A stretch of DNA of 30,582 nt from the NCBI GenBank assembly GCA_030839005.1, contig JAUZEM010000050.1, positions 1 to 30,582 on the forward strand, in the 5' to 3' direction. Of this stretch, positions 15,108-23,257 are shown in pieces. Under the pieces are notes generated by a model. It saw only the letters and a list, made by a program, of their open reading frames with translations. It was not told the DNA's origin and ran no database searches. Position 1 is the stretch's first letter. The number at the start of each line of letters is the position of its first letter. The translations under genes were made by a program, and so were the position numbers. This stretch comes from Actinomycetota bacterium (GTDB lineage: Bacteria > Actinomycetota > Acidimicrobiia > IMCC26256 > PALSA-610).

Positions 15108-16373
15108 CTACGCGGGTGTGAACTCGACGGGGAGATGCTGGATCGTGGTGACGAGCGAGTTGGCGCCGCGCTCGGCGTCGACACCTTCGGGAACGTGGAT
15201 GTCCGGCAAACGCGTCAGCAGCTCTTCGAGCAGGATCCTGATCTCGGTGCGGGCGAGGTTCGCTCCGAGGCAGAAATGCGGTCCCGTGCCGAACGCGAGG
15301 TGCAGGTTGGGCGAGCGATCGACGTGGAACGCGTCGGGATCGTCGAACACGTCGGCGTCGCGATTCGCGCTCGGGTAGACGTTGAGCAGCACGTCGCCGG
15401 CCGCGAGGGCGCGCCCCCGGAGCTCGGTGTCGCGGGTGACCGTGCGCGAAAAGCTGATCACGGGTGACACGTAGCGCAGGATCTCCTCGGTCGCGCTGTT
15501 CACGAGACCGAGATCGTCCGCGAGCTTGGCGCGCTGGGCGGGGAAATTCGACAGCGCGAGCATCCCACCGGACAAGGCGTTGCGCGTCGTCTCGTTTCCC
15601 GCGACCAGCAGCAGCACCAAGAAGGCGAGCAGGTCGTCGGCGCCGAGACCGAGGCTCGCCTCGGCGAGGCCGCCCGCCTGCACGCGGGTGTGGAGCGCCT
15701 GCTCGTCGAACGAGATCTCGCCCGCGTCGGCCGACGAGAGCAGCACCGAGATGAGGTCGTCGCGCGGATGCGCGCGCCGGTCTTCGAGCAGACCGACGAG
15801 GTAGGTGATGTACTCGGCCCACGCCTCACCTGCGGCCGACTGGCGCGGATCGTCGGCCTCGGCGCCTTCACCGGCCATCATCGTGTCGGACCAGTGTGCG
15901 AGGCGCCCGCGGTCGTCGACCGCGAGGCCGAGCATCCCCGCGATCACGATCAGCGGCAGTTGCTTGGCGATGTCGTCGACGAAGTCGCACTCGCCTCGCC
16001 CGGCCACTCCGTCGACGAGCCCGCGTGCGACCTCGCGAATGTGATCTGTCAGCTGCGTGATCCTCGCGCCGGTGAACCCGCGGCTCACGAGGCGACGCTG
16101 CCGCGCGTGCTCGGGGTCGTCCATCGACACGATCGACAGCGCGTCGGCGCCACCGCCCTTCGGGCGCACACCCTTCGCGCTGCTGAACAGCTCGGGCTGA
16201 CGTTCGACGTACGACACGTCCTCGTATTTCGACACGACCCAGATCCCGTTGCGCTCGTCGCGGTGCACCGGATCGTTCTCACGCATCCAGCGGAAGAGGT
16301 CGTGCGCGACGCCCCGAACGTACAACGTCGGGTCGAGCGCATCCGATTCGTACGGCGCAGCGGGGGCAGTCAT
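15108..16373 (-). CDS. Cytochrome P450 (CYP125/CYP142-like steroid or lipid oxidase)
   Basis: MDDPEHARQRRLV, AGNETTRN (I-helix), EEILR (ExxR), FGTGPHFCLGANLAR heme motif. Confidence 0.95.
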   Translation of the reverse strand: MTAPAAPYESDALDPTLYVRGVAHDLFRWMRENDPVHRDERNGIWVVSKYEDVSYVERQPELFSSAKGVRPKGGGADALSIVSMDDPEHARQRRLVSRGFTGARITQLTDHIREVARGLVDGVAGRGECDFVDDIAKQLPLIVIAGMLGLAVDDRGRLAHWSDTMMAGEGAEADDPRQSAAGEAWAEYITYLVGLLEDRRAHPRDDLISVLLSSADAGEISFDEQALHTRVQAGGLAEASLGLGADDLLAFLVLLLVAGNETTRNALSGGMLALSNFPAQRAKLADDLGLVNSATEEILRYVSPVISFSRTVTRDTELRGRALAAGDVLLNVYPSANRDADVFDDPDAFHVDRSPNLHLAFGTGPHFCLGANLARTEIRILLEELLTRLPDIHVPEGVDAERGANSLVTTIQHLPVEFTPA

Positions 16374-16972
16374 TGTTCCTCCATAGGGGTGGGCATTTCA
16401 GGCGGCGAATCCGCAACCCGGGCGAAAACGTGCGCCAGCTCGCGGGCCCGCGCCGCGAGCGCTTCCCGGCGGCCGTCGGATTGCGGCAGGTGCTCCACGA
16501 GGACGCCGATGACCGCGTTGCGGATCGCCGCCACGACGGCCGCGTCGTACAGCGCGGGCGCGTCGGGGCACAGGCTGCGCAACCACCCTGCGAGCGCGTG
16601 CTCGAAGGCGTTGGCGGTCTCGAGCAGCGGCTGGTACACGTCGTCGTCGCCGTGGATCGCGTCGGCGATGAGGGTTCGCCAAAGATCCTCGTCGGCGGTC
16701 ATGCCGACGAAGAGATGGTCGAGCAGGGCGGCGAGACGATCCTCGACACTGCCGGCCAGGCCCTCGGGAAACGGTGAGGGCCGCAGGTCGGCCGTGCGCC
16801 GGTGCTCGATCGCCGCGCGGAGCAGGTCGCGCTTCGACGGGAAGTAGTGGTACAGCGTTGCCACGTTGAGACCGCACGCGGACGCGACCGCCCGCATGCT
16901 CGTGCCGTGCGCGCCGCCCCGCGCCATCAACGCGAGGGTGGCGTCGAGGATCCGATCGCGTCGTACCGCCAT
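16370..16972 (-). CDS. TetR/AcrR family regulator
   Basis: RDRILDATLALMARGGAHGTSMRAVASACGLNVATLYHYFPSKRDL; ATGA overlap with the P450. Confidence 0.92.
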   Translation of the reverse strand: MAVRRDRILDATLALMARGGAHGTSMRAVASACGLNVATLYHYFPSKRDLLRAAIEHRRTADLRPSPFPEGLAGSVEDRLAALLDHLFVGMTADEDLWRTLIADAIHGDDDVYQPLLETANAFEHALAGWLRSLCPDAPALYDAAVVAAIRNAVIGVLVEHLPQSDGRREALAARARELAHVFARVADSPPEMPTPMEEQ

Positions 16973-16988
16973 ACTCCGGGCACCCTAT

Positions 16989-17002
16989 CAAACGTTCGTT
17001 TG
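16989..17002. promoter_or_regulatory. Palindromic TetR operator candidate
   Basis: CAAACG-TT-CGTTTG with perfect arms, directly upstream of the TAGGGT -10 (minus strand, 16987-16982) of the TetR-P450 operon. Confidence 0.65.
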
Positions 17003-17050
17003 GGCCGCCCCCAGTGCCGGATGCTTCGGCGAGCCCCGGTCGGTTGCTCC

Positions 17051-17071
17051 TTATGCTCACCGCGAGTACAA
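17051..17071. promoter_or_regulatory. NrtR-box candidate overlapping the nrtR -10 element
   Basis: 21-bp imperfect palindrome TTATG-CT-CACCGCG-AG-TACAA containing TATGCT (17052-17057), 7 nt before the nrtR GTG. 21-bp palindromes with an N7 core are the known NrtR site architecture. Confidence 0.6.
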
Positions 17072-17078
17072 GGGAGGC

Positions 17079-17837
17079 GTGAGCAGCGAGGCCGAATTCC
17101 TCGAGCAGTACAAGCCGGCCCGGTACCCGCCCGTCGCGGTCACGGTCGACGTCGTGCTCCTCACGGTGCGCTCTGGGCGGCTTTCGGTGCTGCTCGTGCA
17201 ACGCCGCGGGCATCCGTTCCGCGGGCGCTGGGCGCTCCCCGGCGGGTTCGTCGAGCCCGACGACGACCTCGACGGCGCGGCGCGCCGCGAGCTCGAGGAG
17301 GAGACGGGTGTTCTCGTCTCGGGCGGCGGAGAGTCGGTCGCGCTGGGACACATCGAGCAGCTCCGCTCCTACGGCGCGCCGGATCGCGACCCGCGCATGC
17401 GGGTGGTGTCGGTCGCGTACGTCGGGTTCACCGCCCACAACGAACCGGCGGTCGCGGGCTCCGACGCGGCCGACGTTCGGCTCTGGGCGATCGACGACCT
17501 CGCGATCCCCGGCTTCGGGAGCGACGACGGAGTACCTCTCGCCTTCGATCACGCGCAGATCATCGCCGACGGCATCGAGCGCTCCCGCGCCAAGCTCGAG
17601 TACACGACGCTCGCGACGGATTTCCTCGACGAGCCGTTCACACTCGGTGAGCTTCGCCGCGTCTACGAGGCCGTATGGGGCGAGACGCTCCACGAGGGGA
17701 ACTTCCGGCGCAAGGTGCTGTCGACGCCGGGTTTCGTGGAACCGACCGGCAGCACCGCGCCGACCGACGGGCGTCCGGCGGCGCTGTACCGCCGGGGTGC
17801 CGCGACGCGCCTCCACCCGCCGATCCTCCGACCGTGA
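17079..17837 (+). CDS. nrtR: NrtR-family regulator (Nudix plus winged-helix)
   Basis: VTVDVVLL, WALPGGFV...AARRELEEETGV Nudix box, EQLRSYGAPDRDPRMRVVSVAY, LAFDHAQII, wHTH FTLGELRRVYE...NFRRKVL...GRPAALY. Confidence 0.9.
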   Translation: MSSEAEFLEQYKPARYPPVAVTVDVVLLTVRSGRLSVLLVQRRGHPFRGRWALPGGFVEPDDDLDGAARRELEEETGVLVSGGGESVALGHIEQLRSYGAPDRDPRMRVVSVAYVGFTAHNEPAVAGSDAADVRLWAIDDLAIPGFGSDDGVPLAFDHAQIIADGIERSRAKLEYTTLATDFLDEPFTLGELRRVYEAVWGETLHEGNFRRKVLSTPGFVEPTGSTAPTDGRPAALYRRGAATRLHPPILRP

Positions 17838-18730
17838 TCAAGCGAGTCGTGACCGGCGTATATCCCGGCTCCTTCGATCCCTAGACGGTCGCGCATCTCG
17901 CGATCGCCGAGGCGGCCGTGCGCGCGGGGGACATCGACCGCATCGATCTCGCGCTCTCGAACGTCGCGCTGGGCAAGGAACGCGGCGCACATTCGAGCGT
18001 CGAGGCGCGCGCTGCCGCGATCCGGCGCGCGGCGCGGACCCGCCCGTGGCTCGGCGTCGCGGTCACCGACGCGCAACTGATCGCCGACATCGCGTCGGGC
18101 TACGACGTCGTCGTGATGGGCGCCGACAAGTGGACACAGGTACGCGATCCGCAGTGGTACGGCGGCGACCCGACCGCTCGCGACAGTGCGCTCGCCGCGC
18201 TCCCGCGCGTCCTGGTCGCGCGCCGACCCGGCTTCGAGGTCGTGGGCGCGGAGGCGCTCGACGTCGATCCCGAGCTCGCGCACGTCTCGTCGACACGCGC
18301 CCGTTCCGGCGAGCATCATCTCGTCGTGCCCGACGCGCGGCGGCGCCTGCTCGTCGACGGCAACAACGTGGTCGGCAGCCGCCCCGACGGTTGGTGGCGC
18401 GACCGCCCGGGCGCGGCCCGCCGGCTCGTCGCCGAGCTCGACGCGTTCGTTGCGCGCACCGGCGACCAGGTGATGGTCGTGTTCGACGGCCGGCCGGTGC
18501 CGGGCCTGGCCGCAGGCAGACACGAGGGAGTACACGTCGCCTACGCGACGCGCGCGGGTCGCAACGCGGCAGACGATCGCATCGTCGAGGAGATCGCACG
18601 CGACCACGATCCGTCGTCGCTCACGGTCGTCACGTCGGATCGCGAGCTCGCGCAACGGGCGCGCGAGCTGGGGGCTCAGGTCGAGGGTGCGGGCGCGCTC
18701 ACTCGCGAGCTGGGATCGGAGCGCCCGTGA
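17834..18730 (+). pseudogene. NadD/CoaD-like (HIGH-superfamily) nucleotidyltransferase fused to a YacP-like NYN/PIN ribonuclease; in-frame TAG at codon 17 (nonsense allele or sequence error)
   Basis: GTG 17834 overlaps the nrtR TGA. Reads GVYPGSFDP-[TAG 17882-17884]-TVAHLAIAEAA...VVMGADKW...HVSSTRAR, then in frame RRLLVDGNNVVGSRPDGWW...VVFDG...NAADDRIV...VVTSDRELA. The supplied ORFs 17675-17884 and 17918-18730 are the two halves. Confidence 0.78.
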
Positions 18731-19241
18731 CGTCGTCGTCGCGCTCGACCCGAAACGCGTTCAAGGCCATCGACACCAAGTGGTACTGGCCCACCGTGAA
18801 CACGAGGTCGAGCAGACCCTTTACGTCGTAGCGCGACACGAGCGCGGCGTATGTGGAATCGGACAAAGTCTGCTCGTTGTGCAGCTCGTCGGCCGCGCGC
18901 AACAGTGCCGCATCGGCCGCGGACCAGCCGTCGGCGTCCGGACCTTCGGCGACGCGCGCGATCTCGTCGTCACTGATGCCGATCCCGCGCGCGATCGCCA
19001 CGTGCTGACCCCACTCGTACGGCGCGCGGCAGTTCCAGCCCGTGCGCAGGACGAGCAGCTCGCGATCGCGGGCCGGCAGCGTGCTCTTGGCGAGCACATG
19101 GTTCCCGAACACGAGCCACCGCTTCATGAGCTTGGGATGATGAGCAATGGTGGCGAAGACGTTCAGCGTGCGGTCGCCCAGCAACGCGCGCGTCTCGTCG
19201 TCCCACTCTTCGCGCGGCAGCGGCTGCAGGCGAGGTTCCAT
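18699..19241 (-). CDS. Carboxymuconolactone decarboxylase/AhpD-like family protein
   Basis: LNVFATIAHHP, LPARDRELLVLRTGWNCRAPYEWGQHV, LLRAADEL, LVFTVGQYHLVSM; ATG 19241. Overlaps the convergent NYN end by 32 bp. Confidence 0.88.
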   Translation of the reverse strand: MEPRLQPLPREEWDDETRALLGDRTLNVFATIAHHPKLMKRWLVFGNHVLAKSTLPARDRELLVLRTGWNCRAPYEWGQHVAIARGIGISDDEIARVAEGPDADGWSAADAALLRAADELHNEQTLSDSTYAALVSRYDVKGLLDLVFTVGQYHLVSMALNAFRVERDDDVTGAPIPARE

Positions 19242-19265
19242 GGGGCCAGAGCGTAGGCTGCGCCG

Positions 19266-20090
19266 ATGCCTCGCGACCTTCGCGACGACACGATCCTCAC
19301 CGCCGATCCGGACCGGCCCGGCCGGTTCCGCGGGAACCTCCCCGACGCCTGGAAGGTCGTGTACGTCTTCGGCGGCGTCTCGATGTACGCGGCGTTGCGC
19401 GCGATGCAACAGCAGCTCGGACGCGCGGATCTCTCGCTCGTGACCGCGAACGCGATCTTCGTCGCGCCGGTTCCCCCGGGTCCGATCACCATCGACGTCG
19501 ACGTGTTGCGCGACGGCCGGCGGGCCTCACAGGTCGCAGCCGACCTGTGCATTCCCGGCGTTGACGGCCCCGCGTTGCGAGTGCACGGTGTGTTCGGCGC
19601 CGCGCACGACATCGAGCTGTCCCATCAGGAGGTGCGGTTCCCGGAGGTCCCGGGCCCGGCCGACGTCGAGATCCCGCCCGAGCGGCCGAACCCCTTCGGC
19701 CGGATCAACTTCCACGAACAGACCGAATGGCGACCCGTCAGCCCGCTCGACGATCCCGGCAAGGGCCACTTCCTGTCGTGGGTGCGGCTGCGGGAGACCG
19801 AGCCCGACCTTCTCAGCCTCGCCGTTCACGGTGATGTGCTGGGTCCCGCGGTCGGACGCGCGCTCGGACCGCCCGACGACTCTGCTCAAGTGTTCATGGT
19901 GCTGTCACTCGAGATCGGCATCCGCTTCGTGCGCGCGCCGGTGACGCCGTGGGTTCTCCAGGAGATCGAGGCCTGGCACGTCGGCGACGGCTACGCGACG
20001 GGTCCGGCCCGCTTGTGGGACGAGCACGGCCGCCTCTGCGCGATTGCGACGCAAACGGCGCACCTGCGCCGGCGCGCGGGCGGGGCATAG
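19266..20090 (+). CDS. Acyl-CoA thioesterase (TesB-like double hot-dog)
   Basis: W....VFGG, RDGRRASQV, LSLEIGIRF, GDGYATGPARLWDEHGRLCAIATQ. Confidence 0.88.
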   Translation: MPRDLRDDTILTADPDRPGRFRGNLPDAWKVVYVFGGVSMYAALRAMQQQLGRADLSLVTANAIFVAPVPPGPITIDVDVLRDGRRASQVAADLCIPGVDGPALRVHGVFGAAHDIELSHQEVRFPEVPGPADVEIPPERPNPFGRINFHEQTEWRPVSPLDDPGKGHFLSWVRLRETEPDLLSLAVHGDVLGPAVGRALGPPDDSAQVFMVLSLEIGIRFVRAPVTPWVLQEIEAWHVGDGYATGPARLWDEHGRLCAIATQTAHLRRRAGGA

Positions 20091-20100
20091 CCCGGAGGCG

Positions 20101-20146
20101 GGCATCCTCGGCGTGACTCCACCCGTCCCTCACGCCGAGGACTGCC
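20101..20146 (+). terminator. Strong hairpin between the thioesterase and diguanylate cyclase genes
   Basis: TCCTCGGCGTGA (20105-20116) pairs with TCACGCCGAGGA (20130-20141), extended by GGCA/TGCC across a 1-nt bulge; 13-nt loop. Confidence 0.55.
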
Positions 20147-20171
20147 TACCAACCCCCACTTCCCTCGAACA

Positions 20172-21644
20172 GTGAACACCACTACCACTCACCGTGGCAA
20201 GAACTTTCTCTGGTTGTTCGGGGGAGCGCCCGATACATCTCCTGTGAAGCGGCACGACGGCGGCTGGCGACTCCTCGGCGCGTCCCTCGTCGTCTTCGCG
20301 TCCGGACCCGCGGCGGCGATCGCCGTTCCCTGGCTGCAGCGCGCGCACCTGATCGCGGCCACGCCACTCTGGCTCCTGATCTCGTTGCTCGTCGCCTGCA
20401 GCCTTTCGAACGCGTGTGTCATCGCGTTCGAGGGACGACTCCCGCCCGCGTGGGGACTGCAGCTCCGCGCCGCGGTCGCCGCGATCAGCACCGCATGGGT
20501 CGTCTACGCGACGGGCTGGGGATCACTGCTCGTGATCGCGTACGCGATCGCGATCGCCGACGCGATGCGCGTACACGGCTCTCGAGCCTGGCGTCCCGGA
20601 CTCGTTTGGAGCATGGTCGCCGTCTTCGGGGGCGAGGTCGCGATCGAGCTCGGGCTCGCGCCTTCGGTCATGCGGCCCTCGACGTCGCACGCGGTCGCGG
20701 GTGCGACGACATGTTGTCTCGCGCTCATCGTGCGCACCCTCGGGGTGTCCGCGAAGAGCGCGGAAGACGCGGCCGTTCGCATCGAGGAGGGCCGCTCGTA
20801 CTTCCGGGATCTCGTACAACACGCCGCCGACGTGATCGCGCTGGTCAGCGCGGACCTGCGCATCCAGTACGTCAGCCCGGGGATCGAGTCGATGGTCGGC
20901 TGCACGCCGGCCGCGTGCATCGGGCACCACATTCGCGATGTGCTCGGGGCCGATGCGTCGGCGGACATCGGGCGGGCGCACGAGACGCTCACCCTGTCCG
21001 ACTACGTGAGCTGCGAGTGGCGCCTGACCAACGAGTTGCGCGGGCAGCGCCAGGTCTACGCGCGCCTGACGCTGCGGCACGACCAGTCCCTCGTCCTGAA
21101 CCTGCGCGACGTCACCGAGCAGCGCGAGCTGGAGGCCCAACTCCACCACCGGGCGAATGTCGACGAGCTCACCGGGCTGTCGAACCGTGCGACCTTGATC
21201 CAAGCGCTCGGTCAACGAGAACGCGTCGAGGTGACCGTGTTGTTCATAGATCTCGACGGGTTCAAGGAAGTGAACGACTCACTCGGCCACGAGCAAGGCG
21301 ACCGGGTGCTGCGCGACGTCGCCTCGCGGGTCGCGTCCGTCGTGCGCAGCGGTGTCACGGTCGGGCGCCTCGGCGGAGACGAGTTCCTCGCGATCATTCA
21401 GGGCTCCGACGTCGTCGCCGCGCACATCGTGGCCGAAAGGATCATCGACGGCATCGTCCAGGTCGGAGCGATCATCAAGTTCCCATTGAGCGCGAGCGTA
21501 GGGATCGCGTCGGGGACGCCCGACGAGTCCGCCGAACAGATCCTGCGCCGAGCCGACTACGCCATGTACCAGGCCAAGGCGGCAGGACCCGGGAACATCC
21601 GCGTCGCGCCGCGCGAGGAGAACGCCCCGACGCGCGCGTTCTGA
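20172..21644 (+). CDS. Membrane-anchored PAS-GGDEF diguanylate cyclase
   Basis: About six hydrophobic N-terminal helices, PAS (FRDLVQHAADVIALV...YVSPG), DELTGLSNR, FIDLDGFKEVNDSLGHEQGD, RLGGDEF, ADYAMYQAK. Confidence 0.92.
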   Translation: MNTTTTHRGKNFLWLFGGAPDTSPVKRHDGGWRLLGASLVVFASGPAAAIAVPWLQRAHLIAATPLWLLISLLVACSLSNACVIAFEGRLPPAWGLQLRAAVAAISTAWVVYATGWGSLLVIAYAIAIADAMRVHGSRAWRPGLVWSMVAVFGGEVAIELGLAPSVMRPSTSHAVAGATTCCLALIVRTLGVSAKSAEDAAVRIEEGRSYFRDLVQHAADVIALVSADLRIQYVSPGIESMVGCTPAACIGHHIRDVLGADASADIGRAHETLTLSDYVSCEWRLTNELRGQRQVYARLTLRHDQSLVLNLRDVTEQRELEAQLHHRANVDELTGLSNRATLIQALGQRERVEVTVLFIDLDGFKEVNDSLGHEQGDRVLRDVASRVASVVRSGVTVGRLGGDEFLAIIQGSDVVAAHIVAERIIDGIVQVGAIIKFPLSASVGIASGTPDESAEQILRRADYAMYQAKAAGPGNIRVAPREENAPTRAF

Positions 21645-21652
21645 CTTCTCGT

Positions 21653-23257
21653 CTACGCCGGCCGCTCGACCTTCAAGACCTTGCGCTCGCTCGGCAAGCT
21701 GTCGTAGAGGTCGGCGACGAGGTCTTCGCGCACCGCCTTGCACGCCGGGTCGCTCCAGCGGTTCTCCCACTGGTGCGGATCGTCTTCGACGTCGTACAGC
21801 TCGCCTTCGGTCCCGTCGTATGCGACCGAGCTGACGGGTCCGATGCCGCCGCCGAACATGCCGGTCGCGGCGAAGAACTCCTCCAGGCCGTTCGGCTCGC
21901 CGACGGTCGACGGCTCATAGGCCGTGCACAGCCAGCCGTCGCGGTATATCGAGCGGAGGTGCATGCCGTAGCCGGGAAACTGCGAGTCCCACTCGCACAG
22001 CACGCGTTCGCGTTCTGAGCCGGGTGCGGTCGGCAGGGGCGCGCCCTGCATCCAATCGGGCTGCGGGACACCGGCGATCTCGCAGAACGTGGGCGCGAGA
22101 TCGAGCTGGCCCACCGGCTCACCGATCTCCTTGCCGCCGGCGATCCCGGCCGCCGGCGCGGGACGCCAGACCATCGGCAGCCGCATCAACGAGTCGGTGT
22201 GGAACGGCCCCTTGAATATCAGGCCGTAGTCGCCCTGCAGTTCGCCGTGGTCGGTCGTGAAGAACACGTCGGTATCGACGTCCCATCCGCGCGCCTCGAT
22301 GCGGCGAAGAACGCGCCCGCACGCTTCGTCGATGAGCTCGTTCATGATGTGCGTCATCGCGTTGATCTCGCGGATGTTGTCGGCGGTGACGTTCTGCGGG
22401 CGGTACGACCCGGGCCCGCCCTCGGCGTTGACGAACGTGCCTTCCCAGAGCGCGAGCCAGTGCGCGGGCTTCTGCGCGAGCACCCGTTCGACGTCCTGGT
22501 TGCTCCCGGGATGGCCCGGCGGAAGGTCGAGGTCGCGCCAGTTGCAGCGGTGCTGTTCGCTCGCGGGCGGGTCCCAAGGATGGTGCGGGTCGGGGAACGA
22601 CATCCAGACGAACCAGTCGGCATCGTCCGGCAGCGAGTCGAGATACGCGATCGTGCGGTCGGCAACCCAGTCGGTGTGATACCACTCGCGCGGGATCGGG
22701 TTGATGCGCGTCTCGGGTGCGCCGGTCTCGCCGCCCGGCTCCGCCGCGAGCAACGGCGAAAAGCCCTTCGTGGCCTCGAGGCCATGGTTGTCGATGAGCC
22801 AGCGGCCGTAGTGCTGCAACGCGCGCTTGCCGAATGCCGGCACGTGCACGGCGAGCTCGGCGTGCTCGAACCCGCGGTACGGACCCGTGAGGCCGCGTGC
22901 CGACATGCTGTTCTCCGGCCACTGCAGCTCGAGATCGAAGCCGGGCTCGAAGTGCGCTTTGCCGAGCAGCGCGGTGCGGTAGCCGGCCTTCTCGCGCAGG
23001 TAGGCGGCGACACTCGGCGCGTCCGCGGGCAGTGGGACGCCGTTGGCGACCACTCCGTGCGTACGCACGTATTGGCCCGTCAGCATCGTCGAGCGGGCGG
23101 GCATGCAGACGGTGTTCTGGTTGTAGGCGCGCTGGTAGTTGACGCCGGCGCGGGCAAGCGCGTCGACAGTAGGCGTGCGCGCGATCCTGCCGCCGTTGCA
23201 GCCGAGCGAGTCGTACCGCTGCTGATCGGTCGTGACGAAGAGGATCTTGCGTCCCAT
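21653..23257 (-). CDS. Sulfatase-like hydrolase (Cys-type, formylglycine-dependent)
   Basis: ILFVTTDQQR, CMPARSTMLTG (CxPxR), GKAH, SFPDPHHPW, FTTDHG; ATG 23257 (TGATG overlap). Confidence 0.92.
   Translation of the reverse strand: MGRKILFVTTDQQRYDSLGCNGGRIARTPTVDALARAGVNYQRAYNQNTVCMPARSTMLTGQYVRTHGVVANGVPLPADAPSVAAYLREKAGYRTALLGKAHFEPGFDLELQWPENSMSARGLTGPYRGFEHAELAVHVPAFGKRALQHYGRWLIDNHGLEATKGFSPLLAAEPGGETGAPETRINPIPREWYHTDWVADRTIAYLDSLPDDADWFVWMSFPDPHHPWDPPASEQHRCNWRDLDLPPGHPGSNQDVERVLAQKPAHWLALWEGTFVNAEGGPGSYRPQNVTADNIREINAMTHIMNELIDEACGRVLRRIEARGWDVDTDVFFTTDHGELQGDYGLIFKGPFHTDSLMRLPMVWRPAPAAGIAGGKEIGEPVGQLDLAPTFCEIAGVPQPDWMQGAPLPTAPGSERERVLCEWDSQFPGYGMHLRSIYRDGWLCTAYEPSTVGEPNGLEEFFAATGMFGGGIGPVSSVAYDGTEGELYDVEDDPHQWENRWSDPACKAVREDLVADLYDSLPSERKVLKVERPA

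Noticed and set aside
17882-17884. Genome-wide amber recoding (pyrrolysine or alternative code) as the explanation for the in-frame TAG
   Set aside because: TAG terminates several genes where their families are expected to end (3355, 11919, 13110, 29829), and no pyl genes or suppressor tRNA are seen.
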